From an uncultured bacterium (GTDB lineage Bacteria > Patescibacteriota > Minisyncoccia > UBA6257 > 2-01-FULL-56-20), in the NCBI GenBank assembly GCA_963725235.1, contig CAVRXN010000002.1, positions 378,902 to 442,901 on the forward strand: a DNA stretch of 64,000 nucleotides, read 5' to 3'. The translations under genes and the position numbers were made by a program. Positions within the stretch are counted from its first letter, which is position 1. Every line of letters begins with the position of its first letter. Of this stretch, positions 33,303 through 42,407 are shown piece by piece. The notes beneath the pieces were generated by a model. That model ran no database searches, was not told the DNA's origin, and saw nothing but the letters and a program-made list of their open reading frames with translations.

Positions 33303-34526
33303 ATGCGTCAGTCGCAACTTTTCACAAAAACCGAACGAACTGCTCCGAAAGATGAGGTGGCGCTCAATGCGCAGCTTCTGACGCGGGGCGGTTTTATTTA
33401 TAAGAACTCGACAGGCGTGTACTCGTTTTTGCCGCTCGGCCTCCGCGTTTTGCGGAAAATTTCGGATATCGTACGCGAGGAGATGAATAATATTGGCGGC
33501 CAGGAAATAGCAATGCCGCTTTTGAACGATAAGCACTATTTAAAAGCGACGGGACGCTGGGATATTGATGTCGTCTATAAAGCAATAACCGGCGAGGAAA
33601 AAGATCCTTCGTTTAGTATTAGTTGGACCGGGGAAGAGATTATGAGTGAGATTGCAACACGCTACGTCGGTTCCTATAAAGATTTGCCGTTTGCCACATA
33701 TCAAATCCAGACGAAATTCCGACATGAACCACGAGCAAAATCAGGATTGCTTCGAGGTAGGGAATTTTTAATGAAAGATTTATACAGTTTCCACACGGAT
33801 GAAGCTGACCTTAAAAAATATTACGACCATGCCCGCGACGCATACTTTAAGGTATTTGAACGTTGTGGATTAAAAGCGATTTATACACTTGCTGCTGGCG
33901 GGGATTTTACCAGCAATCTCACTCATGAATTTCAAGTGGTTTCGTCGGTTGGCGAAGATACAATTTATGTTTGCGAAAAGTGCGGTTACGCTGAGAACGA
34001 CGAAATCTCGAAATTAAAAGAAGGGGAGGCATGTCCGAAATGCGGCGAAAAGATTCTTAAGGAAAAGGCGATTGAGGTCGGCAACATCTTTCCGCTGGGA
34101 ACAAAATTTTCAGAAGCGTTCAATCTGAAATTTAAAGACGAAAGCGGCGAATCGAAACTGGTCGTTATGGGTTCATACGGCATCGGCATCAGCCGCCTCA
34201 TCGGCGTCATTGTCGAAAAATTTAACGATGAAAAAGGTATTATTTGGCCCGAATCGGTTGCACCGTTCCGCGTACATTTGCTGGCGCTCAACGGCGCCGA
34301 TGGCAGCGCGGTTTACGAAGATTTACAGCACGCGGGAATCGAAGTATTATATGACGACCGGGACATGTCGGCGGGTGAAAAATTTGCCGAAGCAGATCTC
34401 CTCGGCATCCCGTGGCGCGCCGTCGTCAGTCCGAAAGTCGGCGAAGGAAAAATCGAGTTAAAAAGACGCAGCGAAAAAGAATCGCGCATTATGGACATCG
34501 CGGAAATTAAAACATTATTAAAATAA
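33303..34526 (+). CDS. proS: Prolyl-tRNA synthetase, bacterial-type but lacking the INS editing domain
   Basis: MRQSQLFTKT...LPLGLRVLRKI, YQIQTKFRHEPRAKSGLLRGREFLMKD (motif 2), GSYGIGISR (motif 3). It is only 407 aa, with CEKCG...CPKCG where INS normally sits. Confidence 0.9.
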   Translation: MRQSQLFTKTERTAPKDEVALNAQLLTRGGFIYKNSTGVYSFLPLGLRVLRKISDIVREEMNNIGGQEIAMPLLNDKHYLKATGRWDIDVVYKAITGEEKDPSFSISWTGEEIMSEIATRYVGSYKDLPFATYQIQTKFRHEPRAKSGLLRGREFLMKDLYSFHTDEADLKKYYDHARDAYFKVFERCGLKAIYTLAAGGDFTSNLTHEFQVVSSVGEDTIYVCEKCGYAENDEISKLKEGEACPKCGEKILKEKAIEVGNIFPLGTKFSEAFNLKFKDESGESKLVVMGSYGIGISRLIGVIVEKFNDEKGIIWPESVAPFRVHLLALNGADGSAVYEDLQHAGIEVLYDDRDMSAGEKFAEADLLGIPWRAVVSPKVGEGKIELKRRSEKESRIMDIAEIKTLLK

Positions 34527-34544
34527 ATTTGACATCAGAACCGT

Positions 34545-35588
34545 ATGGCACTCTTCGATAATATTTTTAAAGACATCGGCATCGACCTCGGCACGGCGAA
34601 TTCGCTTATTTACCTGAAACATAAAGGCGTCGTCGTGAATGAGCCGTCGGTTGCGGCGATGAACGCAAAAACGAACGCGATTTTGGCCGTCGGCGATGAA
34701 GCAAAAAAAATGCTCGGTCGCGTGCCACCGCATATTACGGTCGTCAGGCCGCTCGTCAACGGCGTGATTTCCGACTTCGAAATGACTGAGGAGATGCTCA
34801 GGCATTTGCTGAGCCGTCCGAAAGCGAACGGCATGACGTCGTATCGACGCGCGCTGCTCGCGATCCCGAATAATTTGACCGAAGTCGAGCGAAAATCGGT
34901 AGAAGATGCCGCGCTGAACGCTGGATGCGCGAAAGTATATCTCGTCGAGTCGCCGACAGCGGCCGCACTCGGCGCCGGTTTGCCAATAACACTCCCGGCA
35001 GCCAGCTTGATCGTCGACATCGGTGGCGGAACGACCGACATCGCAGTCATTTCGATGGGCGGCACCGTCGTTTCGCGGACGCTGAAAACCGCTGGCGATA
35101 AATTTAATGAAGATATAATAAGATTTGCACACGACGAATTCCATCTCGCGATCGGCGAGCCGTCAGCCGAATACGCGAAAATCGCGGTCGGTTCAGCGAT
35201 CCCACTCGACGAGCGATTGGAAATTGCTATCCGCGGGCGCGACATGACAACCGGCTTACCCCGCGAAGTTATGATGAAAAATAATCACGTGCGTATGGCC
35301 ATCGCGAAATCGCTGCGGACGATCGTCGACGCAGTGCGCGAAGTGATTGAGGAAACGCCGCCGGAGCTCGCGGGCGACGTCTTGCATCAAGGGATAACGC
35401 TGTGCGGCGGCGGTGCGTTGTTGCGCGGACTCGACGAGCTGCTCGAAAAAGAAACCGGCGTCGCGGTGCACATCGCCGACGATCCGCTGACCTGCGTCGT
35501 CCGCGGCCTCGGCCAGATGGTCGACGACTTCGACGCACATCGCGAACTGCTCGACAATCCGCTGAAACCGATCGCGATCAGTTTGTAG
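34545..35588 (+). CDS. mreB: Rod shape-determining protein MreB (copy 2)
   Basis: IGIDLGTANSLIY, NEPSVAAM, 347 aa. It heads the mreC/mreD-like/PBP2 cluster. Confidence 0.9.
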   Translation: MALFDNIFKDIGIDLGTANSLIYLKHKGVVVNEPSVAAMNAKTNAILAVGDEAKKMLGRVPPHITVVRPLVNGVISDFEMTEEMLRHLLSRPKANGMTSYRRALLAIPNNLTEVERKSVEDAALNAGCAKVYLVESPTAAALGAGLPITLPAASLIVDIGGGTTDIAVISMGGTVVSRTLKTAGDKFNEDIIRFAHDEFHLAIGEPSAEYAKIAVGSAIPLDERLEIAIRGRDMTTGLPREVMMKNNHVRMAIAKSLRTIVDAVREVIEETPPELAGDVLHQGITLCGGGALLRGLDELLEKETGVAVHIADDPLTCVVRGLGQMVDDFDAHRELLDNPLKPIAISL

Positions 35589-35589
35589 T

Positions 35590-36267
35590 ATGCTTAATCG
35601 GAAGCGACATGTATGGATTTTAATATTGTGCGTTCTCGCGCTCGCAATTTTAATATTCTTTGAACCAAGCTACGGCTGGCGACTCCGTGCCGCATTAACG
35701 CAGCACGACATTATCTCCGCCGATGATCCGACCTTGCCGGCGCAAAATCAAGCCCTGCAGGCGCAAATCGCGCAACTGCAAACGATAGCTGCCGAGGCGC
35801 CGCAGGCGACAACGGCAAACACGATTACCGCGATGGTGTATTCGCAATATCCATTCGGTTTCAAAAATGAATTATTGATTAACGCCGGCACGAATGAAGG
35901 AGTCGCGACCGGAAGTGCGGTAATGTATCAAGGCGTTTTTGTCGGTACCGTCACGCAGGTCTTCACCAACTCAGCGGCCGTCCAAACCGTTTTCGATCCA
36001 AACTTCAAGATGGCGGTCCGCGTCGGCAACGGTGGCATCGACGCATTGTTACAAGGCGGTGCCTATCCGAGCGCCGGCTCGATCGCCAAGGGTTCAGCCA
36101 TCGCCGCCGCCGACATCGTCTACACCGCCGCACCCGGCATCCCATACGGCCTCCCGGTCGCCGTCATCGCCGCAACGAGCACCTCCGCCGACAATCTCTT
36201 CGAAAACGCTTCATTAAATTTTGCCTACAACATCAACAACATTCAGGCCGTCGTGATACAAAAATAA
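35590..36267 (+). CDS. mreC: Rod shape-determining protein MreC
   Basis: N-terminal TM helix, a coiled-coil (QNQALQAQIAQLQ), then a beta-rich domain (GVFVGTVTQVF...). It sits directly after mreB. Confidence 0.7.
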   Translation: MLNRKRHVWILILCVLALAILIFFEPSYGWRLRAALTQHDIISADDPTLPAQNQALQAQIAQLQTIAAEAPQATTANTITAMVYSQYPFGFKNELLINAGTNEGVATGSAVMYQGVFVGTVTQVFTNSAAVQTVFDPNFKMAVRVGNGGIDALLQGGAYPSAGSIAKGSAIAAADIVYTAAPGIPYGLPVAVIAATSTSADNLFENASLNFAYNINNIQAVVIQK

Positions 36268-36276
36268 TGCGCTGCG

Positions 36277-36696
36277 ATGATTAAATTTTTCTCTGCCCTC
36301 GCCATCTTACTCCTCGCGCTCTTTGCTGAAATCGTTCTCGCCTCCGTCGGTTGGCATTTTACGCTCGCCCTCGCCGTCTTGATCGCCTTTGCCTTCGTCC
36401 TCGATTTTTGGGAATTGCTCATCCTCGACCTCGTCGCCGTGTTCATTCTCAACTGGCAGCCGGCGGCGAGTGCCGCGTTGATCGCGTTCGCCCTCGTACC
36501 GCTTCTGGCGTTCGCGTTTTATAAATTGACGCATTGGCATGGGTGGACCGGCGTTCTTGTTGCCATCATCATCGGATATTTGATTTTTTATATTGCTGCC
36601 GCGCCAGAGCAATTCGCCGGGAATTTGTTATCGTTCACACTAGATTTAATTGTCGGATTGTTAGCAGGGGAAGCAGTGCTGGCGGGGGTGGGATGA
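36277..36696 (+). CDS. MreD-like polytopic membrane protein (assigned by position)
   Basis: Four or five hydrophobic helices, located between mreC and PBP2. No diagnostic motif. Confidence 0.45.
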   Translation: MIKFFSALAILLLALFAEIVLASVGWHFTLALAVLIAFAFVLDFWELLILDLVAVFILNWQPAASAALIAFALVPLLAFAFYKLTHWHGWTGVLVAIIIGYLIFYIAAAPEQFAGNLLSFTLDLIVGLLAGEAVLAGVG

Positions 36697-36715
36697 AAAG
36701 ATTATCATATACCCC

Positions 36716-38685
36716 ATGGCAACGCATCGCAGCGGGAAAGGCGGCAAAAAAGATAACGACCTCGCATTCGAAGACGCATTGAGCGACGACTGGAACCGTG
36801 ATATCAAAGTCGCGGAGGTGCCAGTCGGCAACCGGCCATTGCTCGCGCTCGGCATCGGCGTCTTGGCAATCGCGCTCGCGATCGCCGGGCAGATTGTTAT
36901 TCTAAACATGACGAAAGGTTCATACTACGAAGCGCGCGCGGCGGACAACGTCGCGGATGAAAATGCGACGCCGGCACCGCGCGGAGAAATTTTAGACAAA
37001 GAAGGCACGGTGCTTGCCGACAGCCAAGCGGCATTCGCCGCGCTCCTGAATGCGACCGCATATATCGATGGCGATTCGATTTTACAATCGTCGACGGTCA
37101 GCGCCGCGCAATCGATTCTCGGCATCTCGACAACAACCTTCGGCGGTATTCTCGCGCAAGCGAACGCATCCAACTTTGCCGCACCGATCGTCTTGCAGGA
37201 AAATTTAACACAAACCGAACTCGTCAATTTGCAGGCGCTCAACTTGCCGACGATTATCATCCAAAATGATTTCGAGCGCTCATACCCGAACGGCCCGATC
37301 TTTTCATCCGTCGTCGGCTACGTCGGCCGCCCAACCGCAGCCGATCTCCAATCCGATTCGACACTAACAAGCGCCGGCTTCGTCGGCAAAGCTGGCATAG
37401 AAGAATACTACGACAACGAATTGCAGGGGACGCCGGGCGTTGATGTCCAGTATAAGAATGCGCAAGGGCAAGTGCTCGGCACGGGAACACAATCGCAGCC
37501 GAAGATCGGGCAAACGATAAAGCTGACAATCGATGGCGGGTTGCAAACGGAATTATATAACGCGCTGTCGAACGGCCTCAACTCGCTCGACCGCAGCGTC
37601 GGCCTCGGTCTCGCCATCGATCCGCAAAATGGCCAAATGCTCGCGCTCGTCAATTTGCCCGGCTACGACAATAATGTCTTCTCGCAATCGAATTCTAGTA
37701 CAGCAGCAATTATTAAAAATTTATTAACTTCGCCCGATGAACCATTGTTCAACCGGACCGTCAGCGGTTATTACAATCCCGGCTCGACGATCAAGCCACT
37801 CGATGCGGTCGCCGGACTAAAAGATGACATCATCGACCCGACGCAGGAAATCAATTCACCCGGCTACTTGATGGTTCCCGATCCGTATAACTCGTCGACG
37901 CCGACAAAGTATCTCGACTGGGAATCGCACGGCAACATCGACCTCGCCAATGCACTCGCACAATCATCAGACGTCTATTTCTATCTCGTCGGTGGGGGTT
38001 CGCCGCAATCGACGCCGATGCTCAACAGTCCGCTCGATTACGGTATCAGCGGCCTCGGCATCACGAAGCTCTATCAATGGTGGCAAACATTCGGCCTCGG
38101 CAAACCGACCGGCATCGACATGCCCGGATGAATCGTCCGGATTTTTGCCAACGCCAGCGTGGAAGCAATCAAAGATGGGCACGCCATGGCTGCTCGGCGA
38201 TACCTATAACGTCTCGATCGGCCAGGGCGATTTACTGCTCGGGCCGCTCCAATTGCTAAGCTATATCGACGCGATCGCGAATGGCGGAACGATTTGGCAG
38301 CCGTATCTGAACGCCAGTTCGACGCCAACAGTTAATGAAGATTTAACATCTTTATATCCGCAAATTCAGGACGTGCAGTTCGGCATGCAGGCCGGCGTCG
38401 AGTCGCCGCGCGGAACGTCGTATACGTTAAACGATTTGCCATTCGCGATTTGCGCGAAAACCGGTTCGGCACAGGTGCACGACAACTCGCAGGAAAACGC
38501 ACTGTTCGTCGGCTATGCGCCCTGTAACCCGGCGCTGTCGAACGACGACATGCCGCAGATCGCACTGCTTGATTCTGATCGAAAACTCGAAGCAAGGGAG
38601 TTTGAACGCCGTTCCGATAGCGAAGCAAGTATTAAATTGGTATTATGAGAATAGGATGACTAACACAAGTACAACATCGTCATGA
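36716..38685 (+). pseudogene. mrdA: Penicillin-binding protein 2 (elongasome transpeptidase) interrupted by two +1 frameshifts
   Basis: Frame A (36716-38131) carries STIK and SSD. Frame B (from 38130) continues ESSGFLPTPAWK...SIGQGDLL...KTGSAQ. Frame C (from 38572) gives ILIENSKQGSLNAVPIAKQVLNWYY and ends in an ATGA overlap with the next gene. The extra nucleotides are at ~38129 and ~38571. Confidence 0.8.
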
Positions 38686-39659
38686 GCGAGCTACGCCAAG
38701 ATCCTATTTCCGGCGATTGGGTCATCATCGCACCGGGCCGCAACGCCCGGCCCCATTATTTAGATAAAAAGAAAGCGAAACGCAAGCCGACGCCGAAATC
38801 GGCATGCCCATTCGAAGACCTCGCGGCTTCTCATAACGACCCGCTCGCGTTATATCCGAATGATAAAAAATGGCAGATCGCCGTAATTCCGAATAAATAT
38901 CCGGCGTTCGCGCATGAAAACGAATGCGCCGTGCCGATAGCCGAAGGCATTTACGAAAAAATGGAAGGTGTCGGCGAACATGTTCTAATCATCACGCGCA
39001 ACCACAACAAACATCTTGCCGAACTCAATCTCGACGAAGCAACAGATGTCTTTAAAGTTTTCCAGGATCGCTATCGTATCGCCGCGCAAGATCCGTGCGT
39101 TCGCTATGCAACCGCATTCTATAATTTCGGTCCCGGCGCCGGCGCCTCAGTCTGGCATCCGCACTATCAATTTATGGCTATGCCCGCGATTCCGTCGCAT
39201 AGCGTTCATTCGCTCGCCAACGCCGAAAAATATTATAAACAACACCGCCGCTGCCTGCGCTGCGATGTCATCGCGTTCGAGCGGCGAAAAAAAGTGCGTG
39301 TGTTCGCGGAAAATAAACATGCCATCGCAATCGCGCCCTATGCGTCGAAGCTCCCATTCGAACTCGGCATTATGCCCAAACAACATTTCGAATCATTCGC
39401 GACGACACCCGAGCCGATCCTGCGTGCGACCGCCGAGCTGACACAGCTCGTGATGCGTCAGCTAAAAAAGAACGTCAATGACCCCGATTTAAATTTTTTC
39501 ATCCATAGCACCTCGATCGACGGTAAACCCTACCCGCACCATCATTGGCATATCGAAATTTTCCCGCGCATCTCGACGCCCGCCGGCTTCGAGTTCTCGA
39601 CCGGCATGTATATCAACACGGTCGCGCCGGAAGATGCCGTGAAGATTCTTAAAAAATGA
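38682..39659 (+). CDS. galT: Galactose-1-phosphate uridylyltransferase family (HIT superfamily) protein
   Basis: RQDPISGDWVIIAPGRNARP, CPFE, IPNKYPAF and VWHPHYQFMAMP (HxHxQ). Confidence 0.8.
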   Translation: MSELRQDPISGDWVIIAPGRNARPHYLDKKKAKRKPTPKSACPFEDLAASHNDPLALYPNDKKWQIAVIPNKYPAFAHENECAVPIAEGIYEKMEGVGEHVLIITRNHNKHLAELNLDEATDVFKVFQDRYRIAAQDPCVRYATAFYNFGPGAGASVWHPHYQFMAMPAIPSHSVHSLANAEKYYKQHRRCLRCDVIAFERRKKVRVFAENKHAIAIAPYASKLPFELGIMPKQHFESFATTPEPILRATAELTQLVMRQLKKNVNDPDLNFFIHSTSIDGKPYPHHHWHIEIFPRISTPAGFEFSTGMYINTVAPEDAVKILKK

Positions 39660-40033
39660 TTAAAAAAATCGCCGCTCATCGGTTAATAACCGCACTCAGC
39701 GCTATAGCCATCGCATTCGTCATCGGCGGCTGCCTCTGGGCCTGCGCCGAACTCGGCGGTATCACAGGCAACCCGCTCATCCTCCACTTCAACGACTTCA
39801 ACGGCATCACGCAGGTCGGGGGACTGGCAACCCTCGCATTCATGGGCGTCTTCGGCACACTCGTCGTCCTGATGAACACCGCGATCGCACTCGAGTTCGC
39901 CGACCGCCCCGGTGCGTCCGCCCACGGCTCAGTCAATGGCCGGTTTTTCGGCAAATTCCTCGTCGCCATGACCCTCGCCTTCGCCGTCTTGCTTTTTATC
40001 GCGTTCGCGGCTATAATAAACGTCAACGTTTAG
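39656..40033 (+). CDS. Membrane protein, hypothetical
   Basis: Four hydrophobic segments. Its ATG overlaps the galT stop (ATGA). Confidence 0.5.
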   Translation: MIKKIAAHRLITALSAIAIAFVIGGCLWACAELGGITGNPLILHFNDFNGITQVGGLATLAFMGVFGTLVVLMNTAIALEFADRPGASAHGSVNGRFFGKFLVAMTLAFAVLLFIAFAAIINVNV

Positions 40034-40051
40034 TAAAACCAGCGCAAAAAT

Positions 40052-40381
40052 ATGGCAACCAAGGACTTCGCAATTATCGCAACAGGCGGCAAACAATATC
40101 GCGTTTCGGCGGGTGAAAAACTCATCGTCGAAAAACTCGACGCCTCCATAGATGCCGACGCCGGCAAGCCCATCGTCTTCGACGCCGTCTTGCTGCGCTC
40201 AATTGGCAACCAGGTGACCATCGGTGCGCCGCATATCGCCGGCGCGAAAGTCGAAGCCAAGCTCATCGGTAACTTCAAGGACCGCACCAAGATCGTTTTC
40301 AAATACCACGCTAAAGCCCGCTACAAAAAGAAAAAGGGCCACCGCCAGCCGCATACGGAGGTGGAGATTGTGAAGATCTAA
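40052..40381 (+). CDS. rplU: 50S ribosomal protein L21
   Basis: FAIIATGGKQYRVSAGEKLIVEKL ... KKKKGHRQPHTEVEI. Confidence 0.9.
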   Translation: MATKDFAIIATGGKQYRVSAGEKLIVEKLDASIDADAGKPIVFDAVLLRSIGNQVTIGAPHIAGAKVEAKLIGNFKDRTKIVFKYHAKARYKKKKGHRQPHTEVEIVKI

Positions 40382-41940
40382 TCTACATAGAAAATCGTCC
40401 CACTCGGCGTCCCAGCCGGAATCGCGCCGATCTCATCGGGCAATAAGTAGTGAATGTTATTGACATCCTTCTGCGCCACCGCATCCGGAACGAATGAGTT
40501 CGTAATATACATAACGGTTGTTGCGGGAACGGGGATGCCGTAATCGACGACACCGCCGGCTTCTACGACGACATATTTTTGCGTCGATGGCGGCAACGCG
40601 TTGATCTGTTCGCCTATCGCGACATAGTTCGCGCTGAACGCACCAGGGACGTTCGGGTTCTGTGCCCAGACGACGAAGTAATCATAGTAGCCATAGATGG
40701 TAACTGCGACGAGGAAGATGACGGCGATGGTATTCGCGATTGCTTTACCCCAATTTTTCCAGACGAAATAATGTGTTAAAAAAATATAAAGCCAAATGCC
40801 TGCGATCGCGGCGAAGACCATCGTCGGGACGACGGCGAGCAGTGAGCGGAGTGCGTGCGGGATGCCTTCGTCGGACAAAATTTCGGGCAACAGACCGAGG
40901 ATAAACCACGAACCAAGTAAACAAAGGCCGAATTCTGATTCCGAGCCGACGGCCCCGCCGACCCCAGATTTATTCTCCTTCGCACGAATCTGCATGCCGC
41001 GGAAAATCCAAACGATCGCGAGCACGATACCGAGCAGGAACAAGATGCCGACCGGCCACCAGAGTTCCGGCGCACCGGCAACGTTCTGCCGCCAGTTGCC
41101 ATCGCCGCGGAAGTTGAACATCAGTGCGGTCTTGCCGACATTAATTAAAAAATCATGAACGGGGCTCGCTGCGCTCGTTACGGAAATTTCCGAAGTACGG
41201 CCGAAGAACGCCGATGGGTTTTGGACAAAGAACAAGCCGATCGGCAACGCGACAATAAAGGTTGTTAATAAAAACATAATCGCACGTTGCCAGAAGCGCC
41301 AATTTTTTTTGAAGAACGGGAGAAAAACGAGCAGCAAAAGCGGAGCGATGCGAAAGGCGATGTACGTATAGAAACCGGCGCCGAAAATAATACCGGCGGC
41401 GATGGCGTACCAGAAGGCGGCGGGGCTGTGGTTTTTACCTTCGCGCGGTTTGGCCCGCAACGATTTGATTAAAAACCATAACGACCATGTTAAGCACAGC
41501 GGCGCGAGAATCGCACGGAAACCGATCCTAGAAAAATTAATGTGCCAAAACGATGTCGCCAACAAAAACGCAGCGAGTAGCGCGATCGCGTAACCCTCGT
41601 CACGCTCGCGGAACAGTTCAGCGACGAGTAAGTAAACGCCGAGGATAGTCAAGACACCCGCGACTGCGGCGGGGAAGCGAACGGACCACGGTGCGGTTTC
41701 AGGAAGCAAATGGAACTTGAACGCGATGGCCAAAATATTTACATATAACCCTTCGCGGCCGTTATCTTCTGGATAGAAGACCTTGAACTGGCCGGTTGCA
41801 GCAACATTCTGCGCATTCACGCCATCCATCGCTTCGTCAGGATACAAACCGGGCGGTGTGCTCGTCAGTTGATAGAAACGGAAGAAAGTTGCCAGTGCCA
41901 GGATTCCGACGAGCAGCCAGATGCGCGTTCGTTTAGACAT
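40378..41940 (-). CDS. Family 39 glycosyltransferase (ArnT/PMT-like polytopic membrane enzyme)
   Basis: FRFYQLTSTPPGLYPDEAMDGVNA in the first loop and more than 10 TM helices. ATG 41940 (MSKRTRIW) is preferred over the listed 41997. Confidence 0.8.
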   Translation of the reverse strand: MSKRTRIWLLVGILALATFFRFYQLTSTPPGLYPDEAMDGVNAQNVAATGQFKVFYPEDNGREGLYVNILAIAFKFHLLPETAPWSVRFPAAVAGVLTILGVYLLVAELFRERDEGYAIALLAAFLLATSFWHINFSRIGFRAILAPLCLTWSLWFLIKSLRAKPREGKNHSPAAFWYAIAAGIIFGAGFYTYIAFRIAPLLLLVFLPFFKKNWRFWQRAIMFLLTTFIVALPIGLFFVQNPSAFFGRTSEISVTSAASPVHDFLINVGKTALMFNFRGDGNWRQNVAGAPELWWPVGILFLLGIVLAIVWIFRGMQIRAKENKSGVGGAVGSESEFGLCLLGSWFILGLLPEILSDEGIPHALRSLLAVVPTMVFAAIAGIWLYIFLTHYFVWKNWGKAIANTIAVIFLVAVTIYGYYDYFVVWAQNPNVPGAFSANYVAIGEQINALPPSTQKYVVVEAGGVVDYGIPVPATTVMYITNSFVPDAVAQKDVNNIHYLLPDEIGAIPAGTPSGTIFYVD

Positions 41941-41942
41941 GC

Positions 41943-41952
41943 TATAATTGTA
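41943..41952. promoter_or_regulatory. Overlapping divergent -10 boxes in a 16-nt intergenic spacer
   Basis: Plus-strand TATAAT at 41943-41948 (8 nt before ATG 41957). Minus-strand TACAAT at 41952-41947 (6 nt before ATG 41940). Confidence 0.5.
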
Positions 41953-41956
41953 GCAA

Positions 41957-42388
41957 ATGGATACCCCCTCATTCGAACAATCGCTCGAAACCGACATCCA
42001 GCGCCTTGCAACGGAGATTAAGACACAGCAGGAGCGGCCGGAGATGAAGAATGCCGCCGAACAGGAATTAATTAAAGAAGCAATTCGGGCGTTTCCGGAA
42101 ATGAAAAATCAAAACGAGCAGCCGCAGGCGGCCGGGTCGACAATGACTACGACGGCAAGAGATCAATTAACCGGCAACCCATCCAGCCCACTCCCTGTTT
42201 ACGCACAAAATGCGCCAGCGGAAATAAAACTCGAAATCGAATATTTACTCGATATCGCTTTCAAGAAAGGTATTGGCACGGCTCTTACCGAATCCCAGAA
42301 ATCACCGGCATTTGTACAGGATGCATTTCATGATGCTTTGGCCGGACGATTGTATCCTGAATTGCAAAAACGTGGAATTGTGAAATAA
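41957..42388 (+). CDS. Hypothetical protein
   Basis: 143-aa ORF that looks helical and charged. No motif recognised. Confidence 0.55.
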   Translation: MDTPSFEQSLETDIQRLATEIKTQQERPEMKNAAEQELIKEAIRAFPEMKNQNEQPQAAGSTMTTTARDQLTGNPSSPLPVYAQNAPAEIKLEIEYLLDIAFKKGIGTALTESQKSPAFVQDAFHDALAGRLYPELQKRGIVK

Positions 42389-42407
42389 TTAAAGAAAAAT
42401 TAAAACT

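Noticed and set aside
34518-35245. Long antisense ORFs opposite high-GC genes, for example 34518..35144 and 34610..35245 versus mreB. Others are 55546..56484 versus groEL, 61234..61866 versus the ABC-2 permease, 6336..6931 versus ABC-F, 42986..43522 versus gap and 30086..30649 versus mreB.
   Set aside because: These are shadow ORFs typical of GC-rich coding DNA. The opposite strand carries clear conserved motifs, and the antisense translations are Arg/Ala/Ser-rich low-complexity sequence.
38126-38131. UGA recoding (code 4/25) or an RF2-like programmed +1 frameshift at the PBP2 TGA
   Set aside because: Reading TGA as a sense codon gives non-PBP sequence (GGIVRIFANAS...). Many conserved genes here end naturally in TGA (aminotransferase, PaaK-like, trxB). 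The second shift site has no stop codon or slippery motif. The CCC-GGA-TGA context does not allow P-site re-pairing in +1.
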